From a bacterium (lineage in GTDB: Bacteria; Krumholzibacteriota; Krumholzibacteriia; LZORAL124-64-63): 24,065 bases of DNA. The translations under genes were made by a program, and so were the position numbers. Under the pieces are notes generated by a model. The model saw nothing but the letters and a program-made list of their open reading frames with translations. It was not told the DNA's origin and ran no database searches. How positions within the stretch are numbered: position 1 is the stretch's first letter; the number at the start of each line of letters is the position of its first letter. Positions 7,378 to 18,882 of this stretch are shown piece by piece. The stretch lies in contig JANOEP010000017.1 in the NCBI GenBank assembly GCA_031441465.1, forward strand, positions 1 through 24,065, written 5' to 3'.

Positions 7378-8079
7378 ATGTTCAAGCTCCGTTCATTACG
7401 CTGGATCGCCTTTTCTCTCTTCGCCTGCAGTTTCCTGCTGATGACCGTCGCCGACGATGCGGCGTCCGAGACCGTCACCGTGCGCAGCGGCAACGCGCCG
7501 ATCGGCAATCCGGATCCGCTGATCAACATGCTGGTCGGGCCCGGGGGCGCCGCGCTCTCCGCTGCCGCCTTCACCACGGGGGACTTCGCGGCCGCCTGCG
7601 GCGGTGCCGACGCCATGGTCATCGCCGGACATCCGGCCTGGCTCCAGCAGCTCCCCTGCGATCCCCAGGCCCGCTGGATCGGCATCGACCCCGTGGGGAC
7701 GCCGGCTTCCACTTTCTATTGCCAGAACTTCGTCGTGCATACCTGCTGCATCACCTCCGCGACGCTGGATTTCTGCTGGGCTGCCGACGATGCGATCGGT
7801 GACCTGATCTACGGCGGTCCCAACCCCGACGGCGTCTACGTCAACGGCGTCGCGGTGACGCCGGGCATCAACGGCGGCAACTACGCCGTCGCGTCGCAGT
7901 CCGGGCCGGTCGACGTCACGCCGCTCCTGCACTGCGGCGACAACCAGTTGCAGGTCTACAACCGGGATGCGGGTTTCGCCATCAGCGGCGTGATCTACAG
8001 CGCGACGTTCGACATCGTCGAATGCACCGTTCCCAATGAGGACTTGAGCTTCGGGCAGATCAAATCGCTCTATCGGTAA
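7378..8079 (+). CDS. Secreted Cys-rich beta-sandwich protein with C-terminal 'SFGQIKSLYR' tail
   Basis: GAGGGG SD and an N-terminal signal peptide. Core 'ARWIG..STFYCQNF..SATLDFCWAADD..VYVNG..GDNQLQV' resembles galactose-binding-like domains seen in PEP-CTERM proteins. Eight Cys in the mature part. Confidence 0.85.
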   Translation: MFKLRSLRWIAFSLFACSFLLMTVADDAASETVTVRSGNAPIGNPDPLINMLVGPGGAALSAAAFTTGDFAAACGGADAMVIAGHPAWLQQLPCDPQARWIGIDPVGTPASTFYCQNFVVHTCCITSATLDFCWAADDAIGDLIYGGPNPDGVYVNGVAVTPGINGGNYAVASQSGPVDVTPLLHCGDNQLQVYNRDAGFAISGVIYSATFDIVECTVPNEDLSFGQIKSLYR

Positions 8080-8098
8080 TCCCGGTGATTTCGTGTCG

Positions 8099-8135
8099 AA
8101 GGCCGCCTCCGGTTATGGGGGGCGGCCTTTGTATT
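8099..8135 (+). terminator. Rho-independent terminator
   Basis: Stem AAGGCCGCCTCC / GGGGGCGGCCTT (one G-U pair), 7-nt loop, ending in TTTGTATT, 20 nt after the stop codon. Confidence 0.75.
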
Positions 8136-8276
8136 CCGATCCTTCTTCCGAAGCCGCTGATCTGATCGGACGGCGCGGTGCGCCGGAAGAGCGTGCCTGC
8201 GGCATCCGTGCTATGTTGGATTCAACCGAACCGCCGGCAGGGCCCGCTGGATCGCCACTCCGCCAGGGAGAATCTG

Positions 8277-9623
8277 TTGGGTGAGACAGGGATCAAGAGC
8301 AGCCGGAGACGATCGTGGCGGAGGCTGTCGGTCTTCGCGGTGATCTCCCTGGTTTCGATCAGCCTGTTGTTCGGCGGTGCCATCCTCGATGGCTTCGGCA
8401 AGTTGATGGTCGAACGGGTGCTCGGACTCGGTCGTGCTGGAAACGAGTTGCAGATCGGCGACCTGGACTATTCGGCAGGCGCCAACCGCCTGGTCGCCCG
8501 CTCTGTCGTCCTGCGAACCACCGGCACCGTGCTCGAGATCGACCGGATCACGTTGACCGGGGTTCGTTGGGAGAAGCTCCTGCGGCGTACCGTCGTGCCG
8601 GCGGATCTCCTGGCCGCAGCCGGTCTCGAGATGGAGAATCTCGACGTGCAATTCCTGCGGTCGCGCTCCGGAATCGCCTGCGCGCGGCTGCGGGCGTCGG
8701 TCCCGGAATCGGGTCTGATCGCCGAAGGGTTCGAGTTGCGGACGCTGGCCGGAGACGACGATTTCTTCGCCGCGCGCGAACATCGCACGACCCGGTATCT
8801 TCTGGCCGTGCCCGAGTGCAGGGTGCAGGGCTTGGCGTACGGCGAGATGCTCCGGGGGGACTCGTACCGGGCCAGGTCGATCCTCGTCGTCCGGCCCTCC
8901 TTCGAAGCGTTGGTCAATCACGACAAGCCGTCGAAGCCGTTCCACAAGCCGCGGCTGATGTTGCCCGAGTTGCTCGCCACGGTCCTCGAACCGCTGCGGC
9001 TCGACAGCCTCGCCATCACCGACGGCACCCTGAAATACTGCATGAGGAAGCTCGCCGGCGCCCCCCCCGGCGTGCTGACGTTCGGATCTGTCGGCATTTC
9101 CGCCGAGGGCATCACCAACCGCCCCGACATGAACGACGAGATCCTGCTCCAGGCCCAGGGCGCCCTGATGAACGCGGGTGTGTTGAAGATCGAGATGACG
9201 ATTCCGGTCGCTTCACCGGATTTTACCCTCCGTTATTCCGGCTCGCTCGGCGCGATGGACGTGACCTGCCTCGGTGCGTTCCTCGAACGTGCGGTGCAGA
9301 CCAGGCTCACCTCCGGGTACGTCCAGGACGTCGCCTTCGACATCCGGGTGACCGACGGCGTGGCGAGCGGCTTCGTGCGCACGACCTACCGGGATCTGGA
9401 GATCGCCAGGCTCGACAAGGAATCCGGTGAAGAGGGGGGGCTGGCCAACCGCGTCGCCTCGTTCCTGGCAAACGTGTTCAAGATCCGCAGTGATAGCGCT
9501 CCGGACGACTCGGGTTCGCTGATAGAGGGGAAGGTGGACTACACGAGAGCGCCGGGGGACAACTTTTATAAATACCTCTGGCGCGCCCTGCGCAGTGGCA
9601 TCCTGGATGTGGTCTGCTATTGA
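8277..9623 (+). CDS. AsmA/DUF748-like envelope protein with N-terminal membrane anchor
   Basis: Probable TTG start at 8277 after AGGGAG. Basic N-terminus plus one TM helix, a beta-rich body, and a C-terminus 'YRDLEI..LDK..SFLANVFKIRSD..GKVDYTR..FYKYLWRALRSGI' typical of DUF748-like proteins. Confidence 0.7.
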   Translation: MGETGIKSSRRRSWRRLSVFAVISLVSISLLFGGAILDGFGKLMVERVLGLGRAGNELQIGDLDYSAGANRLVARSVVLRTTGTVLEIDRITLTGVRWEKLLRRTVVPADLLAAAGLEMENLDVQFLRSRSGIACARLRASVPESGLIAEGFELRTLAGDDDFFAAREHRTTRYLLAVPECRVQGLAYGEMLRGDSYRARSILVVRPSFEALVNHDKPSKPFHKPRLMLPELLATVLEPLRLDSLAITDGTLKYCMRKLAGAPPGVLTFGSVGISAEGITNRPDMNDEILLQAQGALMNAGVLKIEMTIPVASPDFTLRYSGSLGAMDVTCLGAFLERAVQTRLTSGYVQDVAFDIRVTDGVASGFVRTTYRDLEIARLDKESGEEGGLANRVASFLANVFKIRSDSAPDDSGSLIEGKVDYTRAPGDNFYKYLWRALRSGILDVVCY

Positions 9624-9652
9624 CTCGGGAAATGAATGGTCGGGTCGGTGCG

Positions 9653-9889
9653 CTACTCCAAGGCTGGGGACCCCTGCGGGTTGTCGTGCGTCTGCGGCGG
9701 GGCGGAATCGGTCGCGGTGTTGTCGTCTCGGCCGAGCGCACGCGCCAGCCTGCACATCTCTTCGACAGCCCGGATCTTATCAACCATCGGCAGGCTGCGA
9801 AAGTAGCGCAGCTGGAACCGTTTCGCGCTCTCCCAGTCGCATTGCCAGTCGCCGGCGTCCGCCGCGATCTTCCAGTCCTCATGCGTCAT
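9653..9889 (-). CDS. Small hypothetical protein (78 aa), partner of the upstream nucleotidyltransferase
   Basis: Overlaps the upstream gene by 11 nt. Helical motif 'DWESAKRFQLRYFRSLPMVDKIRAVEEM' followed by a disordered tail. Confidence 0.7.
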   Translation of the reverse strand: MTHEDWKIAADAGDWQCDWESAKRFQLRYFRSLPMVDKIRAVEEMCRLARALGRDDNTATDSAPPQTHDNPQGSPALE

Positions 9890-10376
9890 CTTGGATCATC
9901 CTCAATTGGCGGACGTCTTCCAGATCGACCGGCCTCCCGACAACCTCTTTCATGCGGATCAGGGTTTCGATGTCGACGTAGCGGAACGACACGCCCTCGA
10001 CGTCGGCCACGTGGGCCCGCGTTTCGACTTCGTCGAAATCGAACGGTTCTTCGACGAATACATCGACCGGTGTGGCTCGATACTGTTCCGAGTAGAAATT
10101 CAGCACCGTCATGCCCTTGTCGGCGATCCAGCGGCGGCGATTCGCGGGTTCGGCGAAAGACGCGGCCGTCACGGGAACGCGCGGTTCGTACCCCAGCCGG
10201 GCGAGAGCGGTGAACGTCAGCATGATGTTGTCTCGCTCCAGTTTGATCACGAGATCGATATCGTGCGTCATCCGGCCGTGACCATGGGCGACAACAGCCA
10301 TTCCCCCGACCAGCAGGTAACGGACACCCTGCTCGTTCAGGGCGCCCATGATGGCTTCGAAGCTTCGCAACTCCAT
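9879..10376 (-). CDS. Stand-alone Pol-beta-superfamily nucleotidyltransferase (DUF6036/AbiEii-like)
   Basis: 'YLLVGGMAVVAHG..RMTHDIDLVI' (GG..DxD motif), third Asp in 'VDVF', C-terminal 'LIRMK..GRPVDLEDV'. SD AAGGGAG. Confidence 0.85.
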   Translation of the reverse strand: MELRSFEAIMGALNEQGVRYLLVGGMAVVAHGHGRMTHDIDLVIKLERDNIMLTFTALARLGYEPRVPVTAASFAEPANRRRWIADKGMTVLNFYSEQYRATPVDVFVEEPFDFDEVETRAHVADVEGVSFRYVDIETLIRMKEVVGRPVDLEDVRQLRMIQDDA

Positions 10377-10444
10377 GCTGACTCCCTTGGTGACCCTGAC
10401 CGTCGGAGACGATCTTCAGGCGCCCGGTTGCCGGAACAACGTGA

Positions 10445-12232
10445 TCAGAACGGGTACCCCCCCGCCGCGATCGCCGCCGCCGCGATCCGGTCGTGCAGCT
10501 TCGCTCGCGGCGCCGGGTCGTGCTTCGTCAGCCGCCGCAACCCCGCCAGCATCGTGCGCAGTTCGTCCCCGGCCAGCGTGTTGGCCAGCGCGCGGCGGCC
10601 GAGCATGGCGGCGTGTTCGACGGCGTCGTTGACGCACAGCGCGGTGAGGTCCGCCATGACTGCGGCGCCGTCGCGGCCGACCCGTGCCGCCTGCTTCTGA
10701 GTGCGCAGCAGCGCGCTCTCGCAGGCGTAGGCCGCGATGACCAGGTCCGCGCAGTCGGCCAGCACCTCCTGCTGGTCCTTCAGCTTGTCGCCGAACGTGC
10801 GCGCGGCGATGCCCAGGGCCGCCAGCGCCGTCTTCTTGAGGTTGGCGACCAGCTTGGCCTCCTCCTCCAGGAAGCCCGGCTCGCCGGGGGCGGCGAATTC
10901 CGGCACGCCCATCAGTTCGTCGGCGACCTTCTGGGCGGCCTGCAGCAGGGGCAGCTCGCCCTTCAGCGCCTTGCGCAGCAGCAAGCCTGGCACCAGCAGC
11001 CGGTTGATCTCGTTGGTGCCCTCGAAGATGCGGTTGATGCGCTCGTCGCGGTACAGGCGCTCCAGGCCGTACTCCTGGCAGTAGCCGTAGCCGCCCAGCA
11101 TCTGGACGCCCTCCTCGGCGGCCAGGGCCATGGCCTCGGTGGCGAAGATCTTGATCATCGAGCACTCGATGCTGAACTCCTCGACCTTCAGGATCGACTT
11201 GAGGTCGTAGTCCGCGGCGCCCTTGTCCAGGGTGGCGATGGCGCGGTCGAGCAGGCCGGCGGTGCGGTAGACCATCGACTCGGCGGCGAAGGCGGCGGCG
11301 GTCACGTCGCCGATCTTGGCGCGGATGAGGCCGAAGGAGCTGATCGACGCGCCGAACTGCTCGCGCTGCGTGGTGTAGGGGACCGACCACTCCAGGGCCA
11401 GCTTGCAGCCGCCGACGCTGCTGGCGCCCAGCTTGAAGCGGCCCACGTTCAGGATGTTGAAGGCGATGTGGTGGCCCTTGCCGACCTCGCCCAGCACGTT
11501 GGCGACCGGCACCGGGCAGTCCTCCAGGATGACCTGGCAGGTGCTGCTGCCCTTGATGCCCATCTTCTTCTCCTCGGCGCCGATGACCACGCCGCCGAAG
11601 GACTTCTCCACGATGAACCCGGTGAACTTGTCGCCGTCGATCTTCGCGAACACGATGAAGAGGTCGGCGAAGCCGGCGTTGCTGATGTACTGCTTGACCC
11701 CGTTGAGGATGTAGTGCGTGCCGGCCTGGTTCAGGACCGCGGTGGAGCGGGCCGCCAGCGCGTCGCTGCCGCTGCCCGGTTCGGTCAGGGCGTAGGCGGT
11801 CAGCAGCTCGCCGGTGGCCAGCCGGGGCAGGTACTGCGCCTTCTGCGCCTCGGTGCCGAAGTAGACGATCGGCAGGGTGCCGATGCCCGCCTGGGCCCCG
11901 TGCTGCACCGCGAAGCTGCCGCTGCGCGAGATGAGTTCGCTGATGATCATGACCGTGGCCTTGTCGGCGCCCATGCCGCCGAAGCGCTCCGGCACGTCGA
12001 CCATCAGCAGGCCCATCGCGCCGGCTTCCTTGAGCAGCGGCCCGCCCAGCGCGGTGTCGCCCGCGTACTCGAGCTTCTCGCGCCGGGGGTCGATCTTCTG
12101 CTGGATGAAGTCCCGGACCGCCTGCGCGAGCAGGCGCTGGTTCTCGTCGAAGTCCTCGGGGGTGAAGACTTCGGCGGGCGCGGCCGCCCGCAGCAGGAAC
12201 TCGCCGCCGGTGGGATAGGTCTGCTGGCTCAT
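10445..12232 (-). CDS. fadE: Acyl-CoA dehydrogenase, long form (B. subtilis FadE-like), 595 aa
   Basis: Motifs 'AYALTEPGSGSDA', 'LNGVKQYISNAG', 'EEKKMGIKGSST', 'REQFG' and 'GGYGY..YRDERINRIFEGTNEINR', plus a C-terminal extension. Confidence 0.95.
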   Translation of the reverse strand: MSQQTYPTGGEFLLRAAAPAEVFTPEDFDENQRLLAQAVRDFIQQKIDPRREKLEYAGDTALGGPLLKEAGAMGLLMVDVPERFGGMGADKATVMIISELISRSGSFAVQHGAQAGIGTLPIVYFGTEAQKAQYLPRLATGELLTAYALTEPGSGSDALAARSTAVLNQAGTHYILNGVKQYISNAGFADLFIVFAKIDGDKFTGFIVEKSFGGVVIGAEEKKMGIKGSSTCQVILEDCPVPVANVLGEVGKGHHIAFNILNVGRFKLGASSVGGCKLALEWSVPYTTQREQFGASISSFGLIRAKIGDVTAAAFAAESMVYRTAGLLDRAIATLDKGAADYDLKSILKVEEFSIECSMIKIFATEAMALAAEEGVQMLGGYGYCQEYGLERLYRDERINRIFEGTNEINRLLVPGLLLRKALKGELPLLQAAQKVADELMGVPEFAAPGEPGFLEEEAKLVANLKKTALAALGIAARTFGDKLKDQQEVLADCADLVIAAYACESALLRTQKQAARVGRDGAAVMADLTALCVNDAVEHAAMLGRRALANTLAGDELRTMLAGLRRLTKHDPAPRAKLHDRIAAAAIAAGGYPF

Positions 12233-12259
12233 GATTCCTCCTGCCCGGTGGCGTGGCTG

Positions 12260-13444
12260 CTAGAGCGCTTCGAAGATGCCCGCCGCGCCCATGCCCGTGC
12301 CGACGCACATCGTGACCAGGGCGTACCGGCCGCCGCGGCGCCGCAGCTCGTGCAGTGCGGTGGCGGTCAGCTTGGCGCCGGTGCAGCCCAGGGGGTGGCC
12401 CAGGGCGATGGCGCCGCCGTTGGGGTTGATCCGCTCGTCGTCCGCCGACAGTTTCAGCCGTTTCAGCACGCTGAGGCTCTGGGCGGCGAAGGCTTCGTTC
12501 AACTCGATCACGTCCATGTCGGTCAGCGAAAGCTCGGCCTGGGCCAGGGCCTTCGGCACGGCGGCCACCGGGCCGATGCCCATGAGCTCGGGCGGCACCC
12601 CGGCCACGGCGTAGGACACGAACCGCGCCAACGGCGTCAGGCCCAGGCCCTCGCAGATCTCGGGCGTGGTCAGCAGGACCGCCGCGGCGCCGTCGCTCAT
12701 CTGGCTGGAGTTGCCGGCGGTGATCGTGCCGCCGGCCATGAAGGCCGGTTTCAGCTTCGCCAGGGCCTCCGGTGTGGTGTCGGCGCGCGGCCCCTCGTCG
12801 ATCTCCAGCACGGACTCGCGCACGACGGGCTTCCCGCCGGGTCCCGGTTCCGTCGAACGCACGCCGACCGGCACGATCTCGGCGCGGAAGCGGCCGGCCG
12901 CCGTCGCCGCCAGCGCCTTGCGGTGGCTGGACACGGCGAACGTGTCCTGGGCCTCGCGCGTGATCCCGTCCTGTTCCGCCAGCCGCTCGGCGGTCAGGCC
13001 CATGCTGAGGTAGGTCTGCGGGGCCGCGGCCACCAGGTCGGGGTTGGGCAGGTAGCGCAGGCCGCCCATCGGGATCAGCGACATCGACTCGACGCCGCCG
13101 GCGATCACCAGGTCGACCTGGCCGCAGGCGATCTTCAGGGCGCCCAGGTTGATCGTCTCGAGGCCCGAAGAGCAGAAGCGGTTGACGGTCATGCCGGGCA
13201 CCACGTCCGGCAGACCGGCCAGCAGCGCGATGTTGCGGCCCACGTTCATGCCCTGCTCGCCCTCGGGCATGGCGCAGCCGATGATCACGTCGCCGATGCG
13301 TTCGGGGTCCAGGGCCGCGGCGCGCGCCAGCAGCCCGCGGATGACCGCGGCGCCCAGGTCGTCGGGCCGCGTCTGGGCGAACGAGCCCTTGCCCGCCTTG
13401 CCGGTGGGTGTCCTCAGCGCCAGCGCGACGACGACGTCTCTCAT
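12260..13444 (-). CDS. fadA: Acetyl-CoA C-acyltransferase (3-ketoacyl-CoA thiolase), 394 aa
   Basis: True start ATG 13444 ('[13 protein letters not shown]'), with an SD just after the fadN stop. Motifs 'NRFCSSGL', 'ELNEAFA', '[14 protein letters not shown]' and 'MCVGTGMG'. Confidence 0.96.
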   Translation of the reverse strand: MRDVVVALALRTPTGKAGKGSFAQTRPDDLGAAVIRGLLARAAALDPERIGDVIIGCAMPEGEQGMNVGRNIALLAGLPDVVPGMTVNRFCSSGLETINLGALKIACGQVDLVIAGGVESMSLIPMGGLRYLPNPDLVAAAPQTYLSMGLTAERLAEQDGITREAQDTFAVSSHRKALAATAAGRFRAEIVPVGVRSTEPGPGGKPVVRESVLEIDEGPRADTTPEALAKLKPAFMAGGTITAGNSSQMSDGAAAVLLTTPEICEGLGLTPLARFVSYAVAGVPPELMGIGPVAAVPKALAQAELSLTDMDVIELNEAFAAQSLSVLKRLKLSADDERINPNGGAIALGHPLGCTGAKLTATALHELRRRGGRYALVTMCVGTGMGAAGIFEAL

Positions 13445-13455
13445 GGCGGTCCTTC

Positions 13456-15831
<2,376 letters not shown>

Positions 15832-15864
15832 GCTGCCTCTCGTTTCGTGCCGCCTGCCGCGACC

Positions 15865-15883
15865 GGATAGAAGACGACTATCC
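15865..15883. promoter_or_regulatory. Candidate operator palindrome GGATAG-N7-CTATCC
   Basis: Perfect 6-bp inverted arms overlapping the predicted fad transcription start (~15880). Confidence 0.45.
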
Positions 15884-15886
15884 CGC

Positions 15887-15915
15887 AGCGTAGGTCGGTT
15901 GCCGGAGCCTGTCAA
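15887..15915 (-). promoter_or_regulatory. sigma70-type promoter of fadN-fadA-fadE
   Basis: Minus strand TTGACA-N17-TACGCT. Confidence 0.75.
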
Positions 15916-15936
15916 TCGGGGCCGCGCCGATTCCCG

Positions 15937-15965
15937 TTGTCTCCCCTGCCGAAGCAGGGTAACAT
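15937..15965 (+). promoter_or_regulatory. sigma70-type promoter of the lipoprotein cluster, back-to-back with the fad promoter
   Basis: TTGTCT-N17-TAACAT, ending ~48 nt upstream of ATG 16014. Confidence 0.55.
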
Positions 15966-16013
15966 GGCCTTCTGCGGTCGGCTGGAAGAACTTAGCGGGA
16001 ATGGGATCTCGAA

Positions 16014-17318
16014 ATGCGCGGCAATTCGTCCTGGATCCTGGTGCTGGCGTTCCTGGTCGCCACGACGCTGATGGCAGGTTGCGGCGAGCGTGGGGGCGAG
16101 ACGTCCGCGGCCGTCGCCGCTGCCAAGCTGCTCGTGATCGGGATCGATTCCGCCGACTGGAGCCTGCTCGACCCCATGATCGCCGAGGGCCGCCTGCCCC
16201 GGCTCGCCGCCTTCCGCGCGCAGTCCGCGTCCGGGCGGATGAAGACCTTCGTTCCCCTGGAAAAGTCGCCGCTCCTGTGGGCGAGCATCTGCACCGGGGT
16301 GGGACCCGAAGTGCACGGCGTCGCCTCCTTCCTCAAGGAGTCCGACCGCAAGTCGCCCACCGGGAGCGCGTGGTACGCGCCGGCGATCTGGGACCTGATC
16401 GGCGCCGCGGGACTGAGCACGGCCGTCAGCGGCATGTGGACCACGTACCCGGCCCGCCCCATCGACGGCGTCATGGTCAGCGACTACCTGCCCTACGGCC
16501 GCGAGCGCAGCGTGCCGCTGGCCAGGCTGGTGTACCCCGATTCGCTGAGCGCGCGCGTCGTCGCCTGCCGCGTGAACCCCGACTCGTTGCGGGCGCGGGA
16601 CCTGGCGCGGTTCCTGCCGCCCGGCGCCGACATCGCGGCGCTCGAGGCCGCCTACCCGCGGGAGATGCGCAGCCTGCGGGAGTTCTGGGCCGCCGATCTG
16701 GGTTACCTGAACGTGGCCCGGCTGCTGAAGGACGTCGCGGACTTCAACCTGTTCTTCTTCTACCTGCGCGGCCCGGACATGATGAGCCATTCGTTCTACC
16801 ATTACCTGAAGGACGACCCGGCCTCGCCGCGCAACGATCCGGCGGAGCTGGCGGCGTTCGGCGAGATCGTGCGCCGCTACTACGACTGGGTCGACGAGGC
16901 GGTCGGCGAGGTCCTGTCGTGGTTCCCCGCCGACCGGCCGGCCGTGATCCTGTCGGACCACGGCTTCCACGGCCCGCGCCCCAGCGGCCGCGGCACGATC
17001 GAGCACAGCGAATCCGGCATCTTCATGGTGCGCAGCCCCATGCACCAGGCCGGCCAGGTGTTCGACCGCATCGAGCTGCTGGACGTCTGCCCCACGTTCC
17101 TGTCGCTGCTGGGCCTGCCGCCGGCCAAGGACATGCCGGGCGTGATCCTGGCTGAGGGCCTGACCGAAGCCGGCCGCCGCCACGTCAAGCAGCTGGAGAA
17201 GCACCGCGTCCCCTCCTACCTGGAGCTGCGCCCCGTCGAGGGCGCCGAGGTCGGCGAGGATCCCGTCGTGGGCGAGGAGATCCGCAAGCAGTTGCGTTCG
17301 CTGGGTTATATCAACTAG
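16014..17318 (+). CDS. Alkaline-phosphatase-superfamily (type I phosphodiesterase/nucleotide pyrophosphatase-like) lipoprotein
   Basis: Lipobox 'MAG-C'. Motifs 'VIGIDSADW', 'KSPLLWASICTG', 'GPDMMSH', 'ILSDHGF', 'EHS..GIF', 'LLDVCPT' and C-terminal 'QLRSLGYI'. Confidence 0.88.
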   Translation: MRGNSSWILVLAFLVATTLMAGCGERGGETSAAVAAAKLLVIGIDSADWSLLDPMIAEGRLPRLAAFRAQSASGRMKTFVPLEKSPLLWASICTGVGPEVHGVASFLKESDRKSPTGSAWYAPAIWDLIGAAGLSTAVSGMWTTYPARPIDGVMVSDYLPYGRERSVPLARLVYPDSLSARVVACRVNPDSLRARDLARFLPPGADIAALEAAYPREMRSLREFWAADLGYLNVARLLKDVADFNLFFFYLRGPDMMSHSFYHYLKDDPASPRNDPAELAAFGEIVRRYYDWVDEAVGEVLSWFPADRPAVILSDHGFHGPRPSGRGTIEHSESGIFMVRSPMHQAGQVFDRIELLDVCPTFLSLLGLPPAKDMPGVILAEGLTEAGRRHVKQLEKHRVPSYLELRPVEGAEVGEDPVVGEEIRKQLRSLGYIN

Positions 17319-17340
17319 TCGTGATCGGAAGACCGTTCCC

Positions 17341-18882
17341 ATGTCGAAGCCGACTTCGCGGGCTGCATCCCTGCTGACGGCGATGATCGCGCCGCTGCTG
17401 GCGCTGATGCTGCTCGCTTCCTGCACCGTGGATTCCCCGCCCGACGATTTCGTGCACGAAGTCGGCGCCGTCGAGGGATACGTGCTCGTCGCCGGGCAGG
17501 GCACGGCGCTCGATATCAACGCACGCAGCCTGGTGACAGGCGGCACCCGCGTCACCAGTTCGACGGAGTCGGATTCGACCGGTTGGTACCGGCTGGACCT
17601 GCCGACGGGCTTCTATCGGCTGGAAACCGAGCTCTGGAGCGGTGGAAGGCGCGTATCGGCATATGACGACTCCGTCGAAGTCGGTCCGGGCGTCCTGCAC
17701 CGCGACCTGTTGCGGGGGGTGGCCGAAATCGGGATCCGGGTGCCGCCGGAACTGGAAGGCAGGCATTGCAGTCTCCGCTTGGACGGCCTGTTCTCCACGT
17801 ATTCGGATTCGAGAGCGTCGGCAATCGTCAGCGATGGGCTGCTGGGTTTCACCCTGCCCGCCCTGCAGCCCGGTGACTATCGGATGCAGCTGGAGGGCCT
17901 GGGCCAGAATCTCTACCTGCCGGGTACCTTGATGAGCGCAGAGGCCGACACACTGACCGTCGGTGCGCAGGATACGGCCGTTTACACGCTCGATCTTGCC
18001 GGAGCTTACGCCACGATCTCCGGCGCCGCGACGGGTAGTTGGCAGTCGGCGCTCTCGGCATCGCTCGGTGTCTACGCCGTCTCGGAGGGTGGGATGCTGC
18101 TCGCCGTCGCCGGTTGCGCGCAGGACGGGACCTTCGTGCTCGGCCTGTTCACGCCGCAGGACGTCCGTCTTCGCTTCGTGAGCAGCGGGGTGGAGCAGTG
18201 GTGCGGGGGCGACTCCTTCGAGACCGCGAGCGTGTTTCCCCTTCGGCCCGGCGATCACATCACAGGCGTCACGTACGTCGAGTCCGGCATCGAAGTCAGG
18301 CTCGAAGGTCCCGGACACCAGTTCGAATACCGGGCCGAGGTGTTCGTCCGCGACGAGACGGGGCGCGAATTCCAGCGGGACACCGTTTACGGCAATCCGT
18401 TCGTGATCTGCAATCTGAGGCCCGGCCGCCATTATCTGCGGCTGGAGGGGCTGTGCGACGACCAGATCTGGGCATCCCAGTGGTACGACGGCGCCCCCGG
18501 TCCGGCGGACGCCGTGCCCATCGATCTCCAGCCCGGTGAATTGCGGCAGGTCGTGATCAACCTGGTCGAGGGCGGCCGCATCTCGGGTGATCTGCTGACT
18601 CATGACGGAGATCGGCCCGAGTACGCGCGGATCGGGATCCACGACGGTGCGGGGGACCCGCTGTGCGGTTATCCCAGCTACGTCGAGGAAGGAGTCTACA
18701 GTTTCCGCGGCCTCGCCGACGGGGACTATTATCTGGCGGCGGACCTGCTGGGCGACGATGTCTGGTGGTATCCGGGCACGACGGTGTTCGCGGAAGCGTC
18801 GGCGATCGTGATCTCCGGGTTCGGGACCGTGTCGGATCTGGACTGGTCGCTGCCGGCGAGCACCGGGAAGGCGCGGCCATGA
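17341..18882 (+). CDS. Lipoprotein with five tandem carboxypeptidase-regulatory-like (prealbumin-fold) domains
   Basis: Lipobox 'LAS-C'. Repeated G.I.G..G.Y....L.PG.Y..W(Y/L)PG...A units ('LYLPGT', 'QWCGG', 'QWYDGA', 'WWYPGT'). Confidence 0.82.
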   Translation: MSKPTSRAASLLTAMIAPLLALMLLASCTVDSPPDDFVHEVGAVEGYVLVAGQGTALDINARSLVTGGTRVTSSTESDSTGWYRLDLPTGFYRLETELWSGGRRVSAYDDSVEVGPGVLHRDLLRGVAEIGIRVPPELEGRHCSLRLDGLFSTYSDSRASAIVSDGLLGFTLPALQPGDYRMQLEGLGQNLYLPGTLMSAEADTLTVGAQDTAVYTLDLAGAYATISGAATGSWQSALSASLGVYAVSEGGMLLAVAGCAQDGTFVLGLFTPQDVRLRFVSSGVEQWCGGDSFETASVFPLRPGDHITGVTYVESGIEVRLEGPGHQFEYRAEVFVRDETGREFQRDTVYGNPFVICNLRPGRHYLRLEGLCDDQIWASQWYDGAPGPADAVPIDLQPGELRQVVINLVEGGRISGDLLTHDGDRPEYARIGIHDGAGDPLCGYPSYVEEGVYSFRGLADGDYYLAADLLGDDVWWYPGTTVFAEASAIVISGFGTVSDLDWSLPASTGKARP

